From contig JAQGDQ010000028.1 in NCBI GenBank assembly GCA_030141605.1, positions 930,001 to 994,000 of the forward strand: DNA of 64,000 nt, written 5' to 3'. Positions within the stretch are counted from its first letter, which is position 1. Every line of letters begins with the position of its first letter. Origin of the DNA: Tubiluchus corallicola (taxonomy: Eukaryota; Animalia; Priapulida). Position numbers and translations under genes: made by a program. Of this stretch, positions 26,054 to 38,896 are shown one piece after another. The notes under the pieces are model-generated. The model saw only the letters and a program-made list of their open reading frames with translations. It was not told the DNA's origin and made no database searches.

Positions 26054-29000
26054 ATGGATAGTTTGGAAAATCTTAACCAACATCTTGCTCTGTAAGTACA
26101 AATGCTTCTGCATCATTTAAACCTTTATGGCTTTAATAGTATTAGTAGAATTTTTGTAGAAATGCCAAGGGTTCTACATTTTGTTTCTGCATCATTTAGA
26201 CGTTTATGGTTTTAACTGCATTAGTAAAAATTGTGATAGCACAGCCAAGGTTCCATGTTGTCTGGATGACTCAGTATCTTGTGCGAATCAATATGTCGTG
26301 AAGTTACGACTTTAAAACCGGCTAAATATTATTTTTCGCTCAGACAGCATCGTAAAGCATTTACAACTTGTGCTCAAGTCTGTTATATTTGATTGCTTTA
26401 AGTGCATAAAGCTCTACATTTTGCAATCCTGTTCTAAATGATGGAAAAAGCTTCTCATAGGATTACAATTTAACTAAGACAGTGGAGCATTTTCCGACCA
26501 ACTTGGCTCCTTCTTCATTTAATTTTGTGTGTACCTGGAACTAATCTAAACTGTGAAAAAGTTTCCCAGAGGATTAACCGTTTATGAAACATATGTGCGA
26601 GTAGTGTGACACAGTTTCACACTAGCATTATGGTGACATCTTGTCACGCTAATGTACATATAATTGTGATACTGTAGAGCACTAACACAGTTATGAGGCC
26701 ATGCCACACTAATATAATAATGGTATCGTACTACACTAATGTAACTGTGTACCTGTGCCACACTAAAATAATTGTTACGTCGTGCCATTTTAAGTTAATG
26801 CGACTGGCTCCCTCCTATGCAATATAAAAAGTTAAGCCAGTCAGAATGCCAGGATCCAAACGTGTTCTAGTAGTCTGTATCTGATGTATATTTGACAGCA
26901 TTGTTTCAATATATTTGACAGCATTTTCTGCTGGTGACCGTAATGGAGTCAAAGGAAAAAAGTAAGGGAAAAAAATCCCAATTTTGGCTAGGAAAAAAAT
27001 CACAGTTTTGGCTAGGGTTGCGGTTAAGATTAGGACAGGGTTTAGGGTTATTTCCTTTTTCCTGTGCCATTTTTTCTGTGACTTTTTTCCTGTCACTTTT
27101 TCGCTTGTGGCTTTTTTACCTGAGTTCTTTCTGCTGGTCTGCTTCTTTCATTTTAAATGTTATGTTTTGTGAATTTATTCGTTTTTTCATACCTAACTTG
27201 CTTAATTATTCCGGCATTGTGATTATGAGTAAATGGCCTGCAGTAGACTCAGAGTGACAGAATCTTGGTTCTAAATCAACGCTGTATAATGTATTATCGC
27301 ATTTCTTACAAGATGACCAGAGATTGAAACTTTAACGACTTTAGGAGGGTGCCTGATTATTGCTATACAGTTGCACCATATTTGCCTGGCAAGAGTTGAG
27401 GAACACCTGTAATGTTAGACTAGCTGCAAAATATAAATCAATATCAGATTCATTAGTAAAATAAGTCTGGCTCCTGGTTTTTATATTGCATTGAATTGGA
27501 TGCATTCTTAGTTAGTGTAGCATCATATCTCGGCTACGTTAATGAGCCAGCGTTGTCTCATTTAATGTTAATGTCATGATGTCACAATTGCTTTAGTACA
27601 ACACTGTATCATGTGAGCGTGGCATAGTGTTGCAATTATATTAGTGTACCTTGGTGTCAGAGTTACGTTAATGTGACACAGTGTCGCGCATATCTGTTGC
27701 ATGTCTTATTATTATTATTATTATTAAAAACTGCAGATATCGTTAATGAAGGTTTGACTGTGGTTTCAATTTAGGGAAAAGAGGCGTGCACAGAAGTTGC
27801 AACGCTACTGGAAGAAGTTGTGCGACGAGGAGAAACACAGCGAAATGCGCAACATGCAGTTGTTGCGAGATTTTGACAGAATTGAAGCAGAACTGAATAG
27901 TTACCATACGAGAACTGAGCGTTTGCGCTTACTGAAGGTATTCAATGAAATGTTGTGGTACAAGTATTTTAAGGTTCAAGTTTTGCATCTACCTAACACA
28001 GTCAGGGACTAATGCATGCTGTATCAGTAGGTTTGCGCAGATGTAATGGACTTGTGGTGTAATTGTGCTAAACACAATTAGATCTGTATGCAGACGTACA
28101 TGTGATATGACACATATGTAGGCTTGGCCAGGCAAGTTGTTCACACAGAAGACATACGTGTGCCTACACCAAATCAGTCAGACTGGCAGAGACTTAAGCA
28201 CACCTGGTTAATATTCTACAGCTATGCAGGTCTATGTATTGGTACTTTTTTGGACCTCCTTGTACATGTTTTACGTTTATAGTAAAATGAGAACAATTAT
28301 TATTATACCAGAGTTTTGAACAATAAATCTTTCTTGTGGATGTTTTTGCTATATAGGTTAGGTTGCACACAGATTAATTTCAAAATATCTGTAAAACGAA
28401 TTATGCTCACTTCTATAATTGCTTGTATTATGTCATTTATACTTTTTCTGTGTTAAAAGCTTTATGACTGAAAATATCAACATGATCATGTAAGAGGTGC
28501 TTTATTTGTGTAAAATATGATAAAATATTAATATAACTATCAAACAAAAACAATGATATTCTGTGTCTTACAATAATTTTGACAGCGATAAGCTGGTAAA
28601 CCTTATGATTAAGGTTCGACAAACAATCAACCTAGCAGTTAGTGAATTAAAAAAAGAAGCTGGAAAATTGTGAGTCATTTGGATCATGAGCTCGGTCAGC
28701 GTGTCTATAACTCTCATGCTCCAACTACCTGAGCTGAATTAAATCTCAGGTATAAATATGCATCATTACACATTCAATCTGGTACATTTTGCACAAGAAT
28801 GATTAAGTAATTAATTATTCTGTATAATTCTATTTAAACATATCTTCTTTATGTCATCTGCTTCTTTCAGAGACAATATGAGGATGAACTGGAAAGGCGT
28901 TACCCATTATGGCGTGAAAACCTGAAAGTGCAGTACGAGAAAAGGCAAAAGGTATGGTTGAAAAACTTGCAATTTTGGAGCTAAGTAAATGGATTGCAAG

Positions 29001-32000
29001 ATTGCATTTTGCTTTAGAATTGACGTGAAACATAATGACGTCTATCGCTCCGCCCCTGCTGCAACGTAAGCACGCTCAGCAGCATTCGGGACAACAACTG
29101 TCTAAGCTAAACTAAACTAAGCTAAACAACATGACAGTCACAACTAATGTCTGATCAGCAGATATACTGATTGCTCTTTTTCATAAACACGAATTTGCAG
29201 AGCAGCAGCTATTTCTACACGAAATTAACACTTCAAGTAGCCAAAAAATGACTTTTCAATCTAAACAGAATGTAGAGACGACGTTCCAGAGCACTACAAC
29301 ATACAGAGACATAAATATAATAAAGAAACTAAGCCAGTTAGCCTTGCTCTACATTCAATATACGAGCAACAAAAATATTAAGTCTCTCCTGCCTTTAAAG
29401 ATACGAACATCAAGCCTGCGATGTATTTTTCTATATTAATTGATCATGTGCTCATCTGCAAGATTTATTAAGGTTTTGTATTTTTCCGTTTGTCAGGCTA
29501 CGGAAAAGGAATAAATTTGACTTTTCCATTCCATAGACGACCCTTATAGTAAATGCCTGAGTCACATAAGTCCCAATGGTATCTTTTAACCTTGATTATA
29601 ACCAAAAAAGTAGCGCAAAATTAGCTAATATTACATTGATATATAATATAAGTTTTGACCACATTTGAATTAATTTTAACTGTGAAGATCTCATTGAGGT
29701 TTATTAAAACTGACCAGAAAGGAAAACATTTTGTTTTGTCTTTGTTTAAAGTTAATCAAATAGTTGTTTTTATCTAACTTGCAAAGCCATCAACTAAACT
29801 AAACTGCGCATTTTAGTGATTGCAAAATGGTTTAATCAGCAACTCATAGACGTAAGCGTTGTGCATTTCTTCCTATAAATGAAACTAGACTATATATTTC
29901 CACTAATTTACTTGCAATTTTAATTGACAATAATAAAAGCTAGAACAAGGCCAATATTTCTCCCGCTAACTAATGAAAAGTTGAGCATTTTTCATAACAG
30001 TGTTAGTCGGAGCTGTAGCTAAATGTCCCAAACGTACCTGCTGCAGGGGTGTGTGAATTAACTTGCACGCTGATTGGGCAGCCAACGAAAATGATTGACA
30101 TCATGTTAGACATCAATTGCTTGCCTGAAGCGAGACCTTTTTTATGATAGTTAAAATGAGATTAGTTCTTGAACACTATACTAGGGCTTGAGTGCCCCCT
30201 AGAGAAATTTTCACAAATATCAGAGATCACTAATAAAATTTCAGAGGTAAAGCTTCTAATAAATCTTTACCATGCAGAAAGTCTAGTCATTAAATTGCTG
30301 TATTCTGCCTTTGTGCCCATGCAGAAGGCCTAGGAAGATGCAATGAAAAAGAAATTTTGAAGTCTCTAAGTAAATTCTTTTGTTGTAAGATTATTTTAAT
30401 ATTATATAGTTTGCAAAAGTATACAGTGAATCCATGTTTGGAGTCAAAAATGCCCTTGAAGCACTGCTTTAGCTTATTATACCACATTTCAGCTTCCTTG
30501 TTTAAACAAAGATAGCAATATGGCATTAGGTTTGTATTGTTAAACATAATAATCTTGTGTCATCATCAAATATTAGGATACTTCACAATTTAAAAGAATA
30601 ATGATGACTTTACACGATGTTCTCAAATGTATTTCAGCACTGTGCAAGCCAAGATCGCAGTCAGTGGCAAATCCTACTTATCAAGTATAATAATTTTTCT
30701 CTAATATAAGCAGAATCTGCAAAAATGTCTTGGCCACATTCAAATAATAAATGATAGCATTACATCAGTATCACTCAAGAGTTGTGAAACATTGAATTAC
30801 TTGTGGGCTGTTAAACAATGCAAAATGTGTAGTTTTGGTTTTGATTTGTAATGCGTATCACTTTGATCATTTCTTAATTTTGTATCTAACACAAGTTGCT
30901 GGCTTTTTTTATTATATTATTTGCCTCATACATTTTGTCTGGCATTCAAAGTTAAGACTATTTTTAGATTTTGTTGGGCAAAAAATGACCAAATTGATGA
31001 TTCCTGTATATGCACATTTTTTGTCTGAATTCGCAAGTAGCTACTGTCCACACAAACGTCCCCATCACCAATCTGTTAGCTATGATGGAAGCAGTGATTC
31101 TATTAACTTAGGCATTCAAAATGGTGAGGGCAATATTTAGGACTCAATCTTTAAGCCATAGTTAACATGATTTTTTCAGGAGCAACTACAATCAGAACAG
31201 TCATTTGTACGTGACATCTGTACCACAAGCAGATTACAGCTGGACCAACCACTTGCCCCTCCGGCTTTGCACTCTGAAACTACATATTCTAACACTTTCC
31301 ACACTCTTCACACCGACAGCTTAATGGAACCTTCTGTGAAACATTCAGCAATTGAACAACTCTCTAATGTTAAAAGAAATACAAGTCTTTCTCTGGGTTT
31401 TGCTGATTCTAAAAGCACTCAAACTGAAATGGCAATGACTCCTGAGGCTCTAGTAAACCTGGGAGGTTTAGCAGATGGACAGCCATTGCAGCAACAGCCT
31501 TATATTTCTCCTCCTTTAGTCTATGTGTACCCATATGGTGTGGGTTTAGGTCATCTCAGTCCACGTAACATGGGCAGTTTACAAATGCCTCAACAAATGC
31601 ATCTTATATCACATCCGCAGACTACAGTTATGCAAGTCTCTGAAGAGGTAACAGAGCGAAAAAACAAAGAGGACATGCCATTAGGTAAAAATACCGCTAT
31701 GTTGCTCAAAGGAGATGAAACCAAGAAGGACTCAACAAATCCTGATGAAACACTCGATGTTCTCACTAAAACTGCTTTTGCAAGTGGTGCCGATATACAC
31801 AGCACTCCCGTAACAGCTGGTCGAGTGCAGCAGAAAGTTCAGCAACACAAAGTTTTCATGCACAGCAATGAGGAAACTAGAATATTTCTGCCATCTTCAG
31901 ACAGTGATGAGCACGAGATGCAAACATTTGTAAAATCACTCGCCATTATACCTCCTTCTGATGCATCTCTTGCCAGTGCATCAACTGCTGATTACCAAAA

Positions 32001-35000
32001 GCAAAATGAATCCCATTTATCACACGACAAATTCACAGTATCTAGTGAGTCTCGTCTTGATGTGCCAATACAAGGTAGTGGCGATAAAATCCATTCCATA
32101 GCACCTTCTGCAGCTAAAAATATACAAGAAGACAAGTTAGTTCCTCCAGAAAAGTTAGTAAGTAAAGAGCATGGCATTTCCGTCACTTCATTTGTGTACC
32201 AGAGTAGTAACATTTCCACGGGAACTCCCAAGAAGCAACCACCTCGCCCACCTCCACCAACACTCCCTGTCAGTCCATCGTCATCATTTACATCAAGTTT
32301 ACCAGGCAATGTGCATCAGCCGGTTTCTCCCGTGAACCTAGCTGATGTTTCAAGGTTGACTCCCCCCAAAAAGCCAATCCGCACTTTTTCGCAAGAGTCA
32401 TCTGCATCTAGCAAAAGTGACAAACCTCAGCGACCACCACCCCCGAATATATCCCAACAAAGTTCTTTACTCACATCTCGGGCATCCTCTGAAAGGCAGC
32501 AGCTTTCACCCATCACTTACACAGTGGATGTGGAGTCACCGTCAGCTGCTATAGCAGGAAAACTCCATCAGGTATCAAGCATGTCAGTTGAAAGTAAACA
32601 TTCATTAAAGTTGAACTCCCCAGCACATACAAGAAGCCCGTCTTTGGATGAGGCACCTGTGCCAACTCCTAGGAAAAAATGGCTGAGGCGACAAGCTAAA
32701 AGTGCTGTAGACGATCAAGAAGAGATGAGCATAGCTGCTGCCAGTCATCATGATATAGAAATGTTTGGAGTGACACCGAGAAAACTTGGTGATGGTGATG
32801 TGGGAATTAAGAGGAGTTCTCCGATACCGGAAAGTGAATCTGATACGAGTACATCATCTTCTCTAGAAGCTGTGATAGGTGGCAGTCAAACTTGGGAAAG
32901 TGAGAAAGATGATGAACTGGAATCGAATATAAAAAAGTGAGTGACTAACTATTGCCATAATCTGCTGTATAATCAACATTTTTTAACATTTTCTGTTTTT
33001 TCTGTATTGAAGTATATTTTTTATTACTTTCTTGTGTGTTGGTTTTTCATTTTCACAACTTTGTGACGATTATGACGTTTAGTATATATAATACTACTGT
33101 TTATAGCATGTATATATAATACTGTTTCTTGTAGTTTTGCTTCGTTAGATCTGCAAAATACTAGTGAGGTGATACAGTCACAAAATACAGAGCTTTCGCT
33201 GAACTGGGATGGCCTCTTCAGTCTTCTGCAGATCATACAAGAAGGCTTTGCATCCAGTGATCTGTACCACATGGAGATCTACAGAGCTGCACCACCGCCA
33301 CCCAACACCCGAGATTTAGTGCTTGAGTGAGTATTATGCATTCTGCCATCTGTAAGCTCTGATGCAGATTTCAGTGGCTGATATACGTAATACAAATGGT
33401 TTTTTTCGAACCAGAACTAGCTCATTAACAAGTGTAAGCATCCAAACCATGACACTGACTCTTCAGAGGTACCCATATCTGGATGTGCATACATCCACCC
33501 TTTATTAACCAGACTTTGTGCTTTCCTAACAATTTAAGAAGAAGGTCCGTTAGCCATACTGTGACCTTTGTTCTTAGTGCTTATTATAGTAAATGTGATC
33601 TATCAAGTCTCACACTTCTCCGACTTCTGTTACCAATATTTTTTTATTAACTGTTTTAGTGGAATTTCATCTCTTACTTTGCGTTTTTTGTCTGAGTGAC
33701 CTGCTGATTTTTTCAAGAGAGTTAGAGTGAAACTTTTGCAAACATCTAGTAATAATTCACTCTGTATAAAACATTCTAACAATTTCTCTAATTGAAGCAA
33801 ATAAAATTACATGACAGTTTTTGACTATTCATATCATCACAATAATTTTTATATTATTAGGTGGTGTCCCTCACGTGTAGTTGAAATAGCACGTTTTCTA
33901 GAATATTACTGTAAGTTTCTACAGCTGCTGTAATTACTAATCATATTCACTACTTACATTAACAGGTATGCTGCCAAACATATGGGAGACATTGATAATT
34001 ACGCAGCTTGCAGTATGGTAGTACTAGAATTTCTACCACAGCTAGTTGCATCTCTTGATGATGGCTACCTCTTCACTGACAATATGTTCTCTTCAAGCAT
34101 AGATCAGTTTACTGCATTGGATGTTAGGTAACCTATTCTGTGATTTAGCCATCGTAAATTGTTGTAAAAATTGTTAGAATGTCAAATTCAGAACACTGAA
34201 GTGAATATTGAACAATTACAGTTGACATGAAAACAACCGCATTTACAGTTTAGATATTATGGAATGGAATGGATTCTGGATTTGGTGCCTTTCTTACGTT
34301 TAATAATTGACAAGCTTTAGTGATGGGAGCTTAATCCGATTATAACCATATATCGATTAACTTCAAGCCAAATTTAATTGCATATCGCCGATAACTCTGG
34401 CAAATACTACTATAGATTGGGCATAAGATTGTGTTTGGTTTACTTTGCAAAATAAATATCAAATTTTAATCTTTTACCTCAAATATCATTCAATTTTCCA
34501 ACAACTTTGGGAGTTTGGACTAAAAAGTATAGTTAACTAGTAGCTTAGTTAATGGTCACTGCGACTCAAATGATGAGCTGTGCCTGGAGTATTAGCAGCA
34601 GTGCTGGACCTGATCAGGTAATTTATGTGTTATAGTGAAAAAAACTACTTGTGATTTGATCTGCCATTATCCATTACCTTTGTTCTGTCATGTAAAAAAG
34701 ACTAGGACCCATCACGTAGTATTTCATAGGACAATCAAAAGTTTGTAGTGATCATGAGAATCTAAGAAAAAACAATGCCGGTGACCATGAATAGAGTGAC
34801 GATGCTGTTAACAATTAAACAAATGGTGTTGTTGAGAACAATATTAAATGCCTGTATTGATGACCTGAGAAATGACTTGATTGATGGCATCACAGTGATA
34901 AATTTTCAGATAAGTTGAAAACATTTGTACTGATTAGTATGAACTTTGAGTAGCTGAGTTTTTTCATTGATTTTTCATTGTAAAATATTTCTAGAAAATT

Positions 35001-38000
35001 TTAATCTTGTAGTATTTCTTTGCATAAAAATATTGCATCATCAAAAACTACAGCGAAACTCTTTAATTATACTGTTCTAGTTACCATCATATCATGTACT
35101 ATTTTCATACTGCTTTTCTGTTGTATTTTCACAGAGCATATATAGATGCATGCGACATTGATGTGTGGGACAAGTTATATGCACATTTTGTACAACTGCT
35201 AAAGTGTGGAGTGATGGAGCCAAGCGAAATAGCTGCAGTTTTTGCACCAAAACTGTTAAATAAAGATTCACCAATGAAAGAAAAAGTAATATTTGTTTTT
35301 TCTTGAACGATTCCTAATTTTTCTTTCTCAAAACCACAAATCTTCTGTATTCGTATGTTGCTAGACCATAAGCGCAATTTCCAATTCATTTTCAAATTTG
35401 TCAAGAAGTCACCTTACAAATTAAGCAAACAGCTGCTATTATTTTGTTTGGGACCAAGTTTGTCTAACTCAGACGTCCTTGGGAAGTGACTTAATTTCAA
35501 AAGATGAGTTTGAAAGCTTCATCTTTTTTACAATGTGGTCTGTGATTGTTTTTTCTTATCCACCAAGTGTAGAATTAAATATGTACGTTTGTCAACTGTG
35601 CGCGGCCACGCTCGAGACCTAGCATCTAGCATCTGCACATTAGACCACACCTGTGGTGTAATTCAAGCAGTTACTTTTACCAAAAATTATAACAATTACA
35701 ACTTTTAACTCAGGCTGTCGAACTTCTGACTAATGTTCTCCGGAGAGCAGAAGAGGAGCTCAGCGAATCATCCTCAGTATCTCTGCCTTCTCCACCTCCC
35801 ACGCTTGAAAACAAAACCCCTGTGGGTGAGCAATTGGAGGAACTGGAACAAAGACCAGGTGACATGAATTTTCTATGCATTTGGATATCCTTAATGAGTA
35901 TTTTGTTCGCTGTGTTTTTATATTTATCACATAATTTTAAATAAAGGCTATCTATTAAATAAAGAAACATTAACATAAATGCTGAAGTGTATCACACCAG
36001 CTTATGTCTTGACAAACTAGGTTTGTATTATTCACATCCTGTAATTTAGGTTTGTGCTGTTTACAGTTCACCTGAAGCAAAAATAGGTGCCAGGTGTTTC
36101 TGTTGTTTTGTATGTTTTTAGTTAAACAAACTTCTCTTAACTGGCTGCTTTCTAATAATTTTGAATTGTGTTTTTTAATTTATTGTCTCACTTTAAACCA
36201 TGCACATAACTTTCTAACTAGAAACCTGTTTTGTTTTTACTTGACAGAATTGATTTTTAAATGCCATAATATAGCTAATACACTGACTTAGAACAGGTAA
36301 AGGTCCTGGATGGACTTTGAAGTTTTGTCCTTATTGTGAGTTTATTTTCATGTAATGGTTTCTGGATTATGTGTTTGTGTGTTAACTACATACGAGTGTA
36401 AGTAGTCCTGCAGCTGATCAATGCATTTGACTACTTTATTTTAACATACTTTTTGAAATAATGTTATTCAAAATATCTGTCCAAATTGCCTCAGTGTACT
36501 AAAATGTAATACTTCGTGATTACATGAATTCAGAAACTCCGGTTCATCTACAAACTAAAAATGACGATGAGGAGAAACAGCTGAAAAAAGGAATAGAGGA
36601 AGAAGAAGATGTAAGTCTGGAAGCAGATGAGAAGGAAAGTGACCCTGAATCCAGCATACATGATAGTTTCTTTGATAACAGCATTGCAATTGAGAAACCA
36701 ACCGTGCAGTTAAGTGGTAGGTGCTTTTGAGTTTATCTTCCCTTTTCTTCATGCCTGCATTTTTGCTTTACATATAACTGTAGAAAATTCAGTTAGGGTT
36801 TTTAGTAATCTAAAATATTGTTTACCAACTTTTACAAGTTTGAGACATAGCAATAATAGACATAGTAGTTATTATCTTCAAGTAGAGAAAACTCGCCTAT
36901 TTCTGCAATTGCTAGATTTGTTCTCTGTTTCAAAAACCTGACTACTGCAATAACTGAAATAAGAAAGTAAAAGGATTAAGCAAAATGCCGACTTCAAAAA
37001 TTTTTTGCCGTGGACCTATTTTGATTTTTGCTGACTATTTTCTGTAATCTTACTAACATAAATATTATTTCATTACTTTACTAGTACTTGACGGAAAATT
37101 TTAAATTTCAGAAACTGAAGCTTACCGTAACTTGTTAGGTGGCGGCAGTTTGGTTTCCAAATCGAGAATGCTTGTTGATGACGGTAATGAGGATGATGAA
37201 GATGATGACATTGAGAAATTACTAGGGTTTGATCGTCCTACCAAGCAAATCAGGTTAATTTTATTTATCTGTTTATGATAAATAATAATATGATCAATTG
37301 CACATGAAAATCTCCTTGCACAGAGTGGGCTTCATTTAATGTGTTCAGTTTGGGATCAACCAACCTGCTGTGAGCACTTTCATCAAGCGAGAATAGTAAT
37401 ATAAAATTATATAATATTATATTGTATGTGGTTAGAATACATAGTATTCAAACAGAGACTGCTACATAGAGAAGAAATGTTGTTTCTGGATGATTATATG
37501 TTTGCATTGAAACACATAGAAAACTTAATTAAAAGGCAAGAAATTTGTATAATTGGAGAAATATTTGCATTTGTTGTATTGCATTTTTATCACAGTAAGC
37601 AGTAAAAGTGAACATATTAACATTGATTTTTGCGTGCCCTAGTAAACGAGCAAGCTATGTCTGGGTTTTTAGCACACACATAGTGGTTAAGTTTATTAAT
37701 CGTGCATGCTTATACACTTAAATTAGGCTTTCAGTGAAATTCACTGTGATTGCCAGTAACTGGGTAATAGACAGCAGATTTCTGAAATAAAAGTTCCGTC
37801 AGTCTGTTCTTACTTTGAGCTCAAAGTGCTGTGGTTTGTAAGTTCGGCGCTCAAATTTTCTTTTCTTCTTTGTCAGTGCTGTGTCTGAAGAGAGACAGAA
37901 ATCTTCAGATTTTTCACGTGATGATTCTCCGGACAACAATTTTGCAGAATCTTATCAGCCGTCTTTAATGGAAAAGAAATTTACAGAAAGGTAATTCAGG

Positions 38001-38896
38001 CTCTTTTTATATATTGTAGAGACTTCTTTAGTTATTCATGATTTTCCTGATAAAAAATCTGTTGGTCACTTCATAATAGAGCTGTTGCAGATGAACAAAT
38101 ACTAAGAATTTTGAATGACTTACATTTCTATTTCAGAAATAAATCAGTATGATTAGATATGAGAGGCGCTGTAAACAGAGATTGACGCTTGGTTGTTTCA
38201 GGATATGAACTCTGAACAATAGTATGACTGTGAAATCTGTAGTTGGCCATATTTTGACACCCAAATAATAATTTTATTGTGTTCTTGCAATTGAGTATAT
38301 TTTTCCCAAATTACTTGCCCGTTTGTTGAAATACCATATGTTTTGGGTGAGTAAACCTACACCGTCCAATCTTCATTGGTGAGAGAGGTCAGATTGTAAT
38401 AGTTTGATATGGTAAAATGCATTATAAACTTTCCACATATTACTAATCAGGGTAAATTGTAGATAAAATTACAAATATAATATGCTCCCCATTTTGGATT
38501 TGAATTTTGATGCTCCCCAGTCATGATTTTGGAGATTTTTCTAAACTGGCATAGACCAGGTCAACCAAAGTTATACCTGTTCTTGGTGCAGCATCCTGTC
38601 CTAATTTCAAAAGCGGAGACATGACAAAAGCAAATCTCCGGTAAGTTTCAGTTGTAAAGTGCTGTTCTCAGTGTAAGCCATATTCACTGTTATGCATAAA
38701 TGGATATAAACACTGAGCAATATCGCAGTATTTTTTCTCTTCTAGTCACAAAGTCCGAGTGCAGGCTACAAGTTTGCAGCAGAAGAAATTGTCTGCCGTC
38801 CTACGTAGTGATTCAGAGTCAGACATCGATGTACAGCAGGCCAAACCTGGCAATGACAGTGATGATGATGATGATTTTGCTTTCTTTGATCAGTAA
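26054..38896 (+). CDS. KIZ: Kizuna centrosomal protein homologue, ~1119 aa; exons 26054-26091, 27775-27937, 28871-28951, 31180-32936, 33135-33326, 33966-34127, 35135-35285, 35714-35858, 36534-36716, 37112-37253, 37877-37990, 38560-38640, 38746-38896
   Basis: All 12 introns are GT-AG and phase-consistent (3360 nt). The N-terminal coiled coil KLQRYWKKLCDEEKHSEMRNMQLLRDFDRIE..TERLRLLKRQYE, plus GLFSLLQII, ETEAYRNLL and an acidic C-terminus DSDDDDDFAFFDQ*, resemble KIZ as recalled; no search was run. Confidence 0.82.
26106..26260. repeat. Two-copy tandem duplication, ~80-bp unit
   Basis: TTCTGCATCATTTA.AC.TTTATGG.TTTAA..G.ATTAGTA...GCCAAGG occurs at 26106 and again at 26186. Confidence 0.85.
26584..27702. 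mobile_element. Foldback-like element: inverted terminal arrays of ~28-bp degenerate modules
   Basis: The left array 26584-26790 (GTGACAC..GCCACACTAATATAATT-type units) is mirrored by the array at 27510-27702. The termini ATGAAACATATGTGCG and CGCGCATATCTGTTGCAT are approximate reverse complements. Confidence 0.6.
26945..27123. mobile_element. Palindromic MITE-like element with a telomere-like GGTT/TTAGGG core
   Basis: GGAAAAAAATCACAG-type units on the left are mirrored by CTGTGACTTTTTTCC-type units on the right, around GGCTAGGGTTGCGGTTAAGATTAGG..GGGTTTAGGGTTA. Confidence 0.7.

Noticed and set aside
26584-26790. CRISPR-like array
   Set aside because: These are degenerate tandem modules without unique spacers, in a eukaryotic intron with no cas genes.
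26815-27257. Three overlapping ORFs
   Set aside because: They derive from the low-complexity palindromic MITE.
31590-32309. Antisense ORFs within the large KIZ exon
   Set aside because: They are shadow frames of the sense coding exon.
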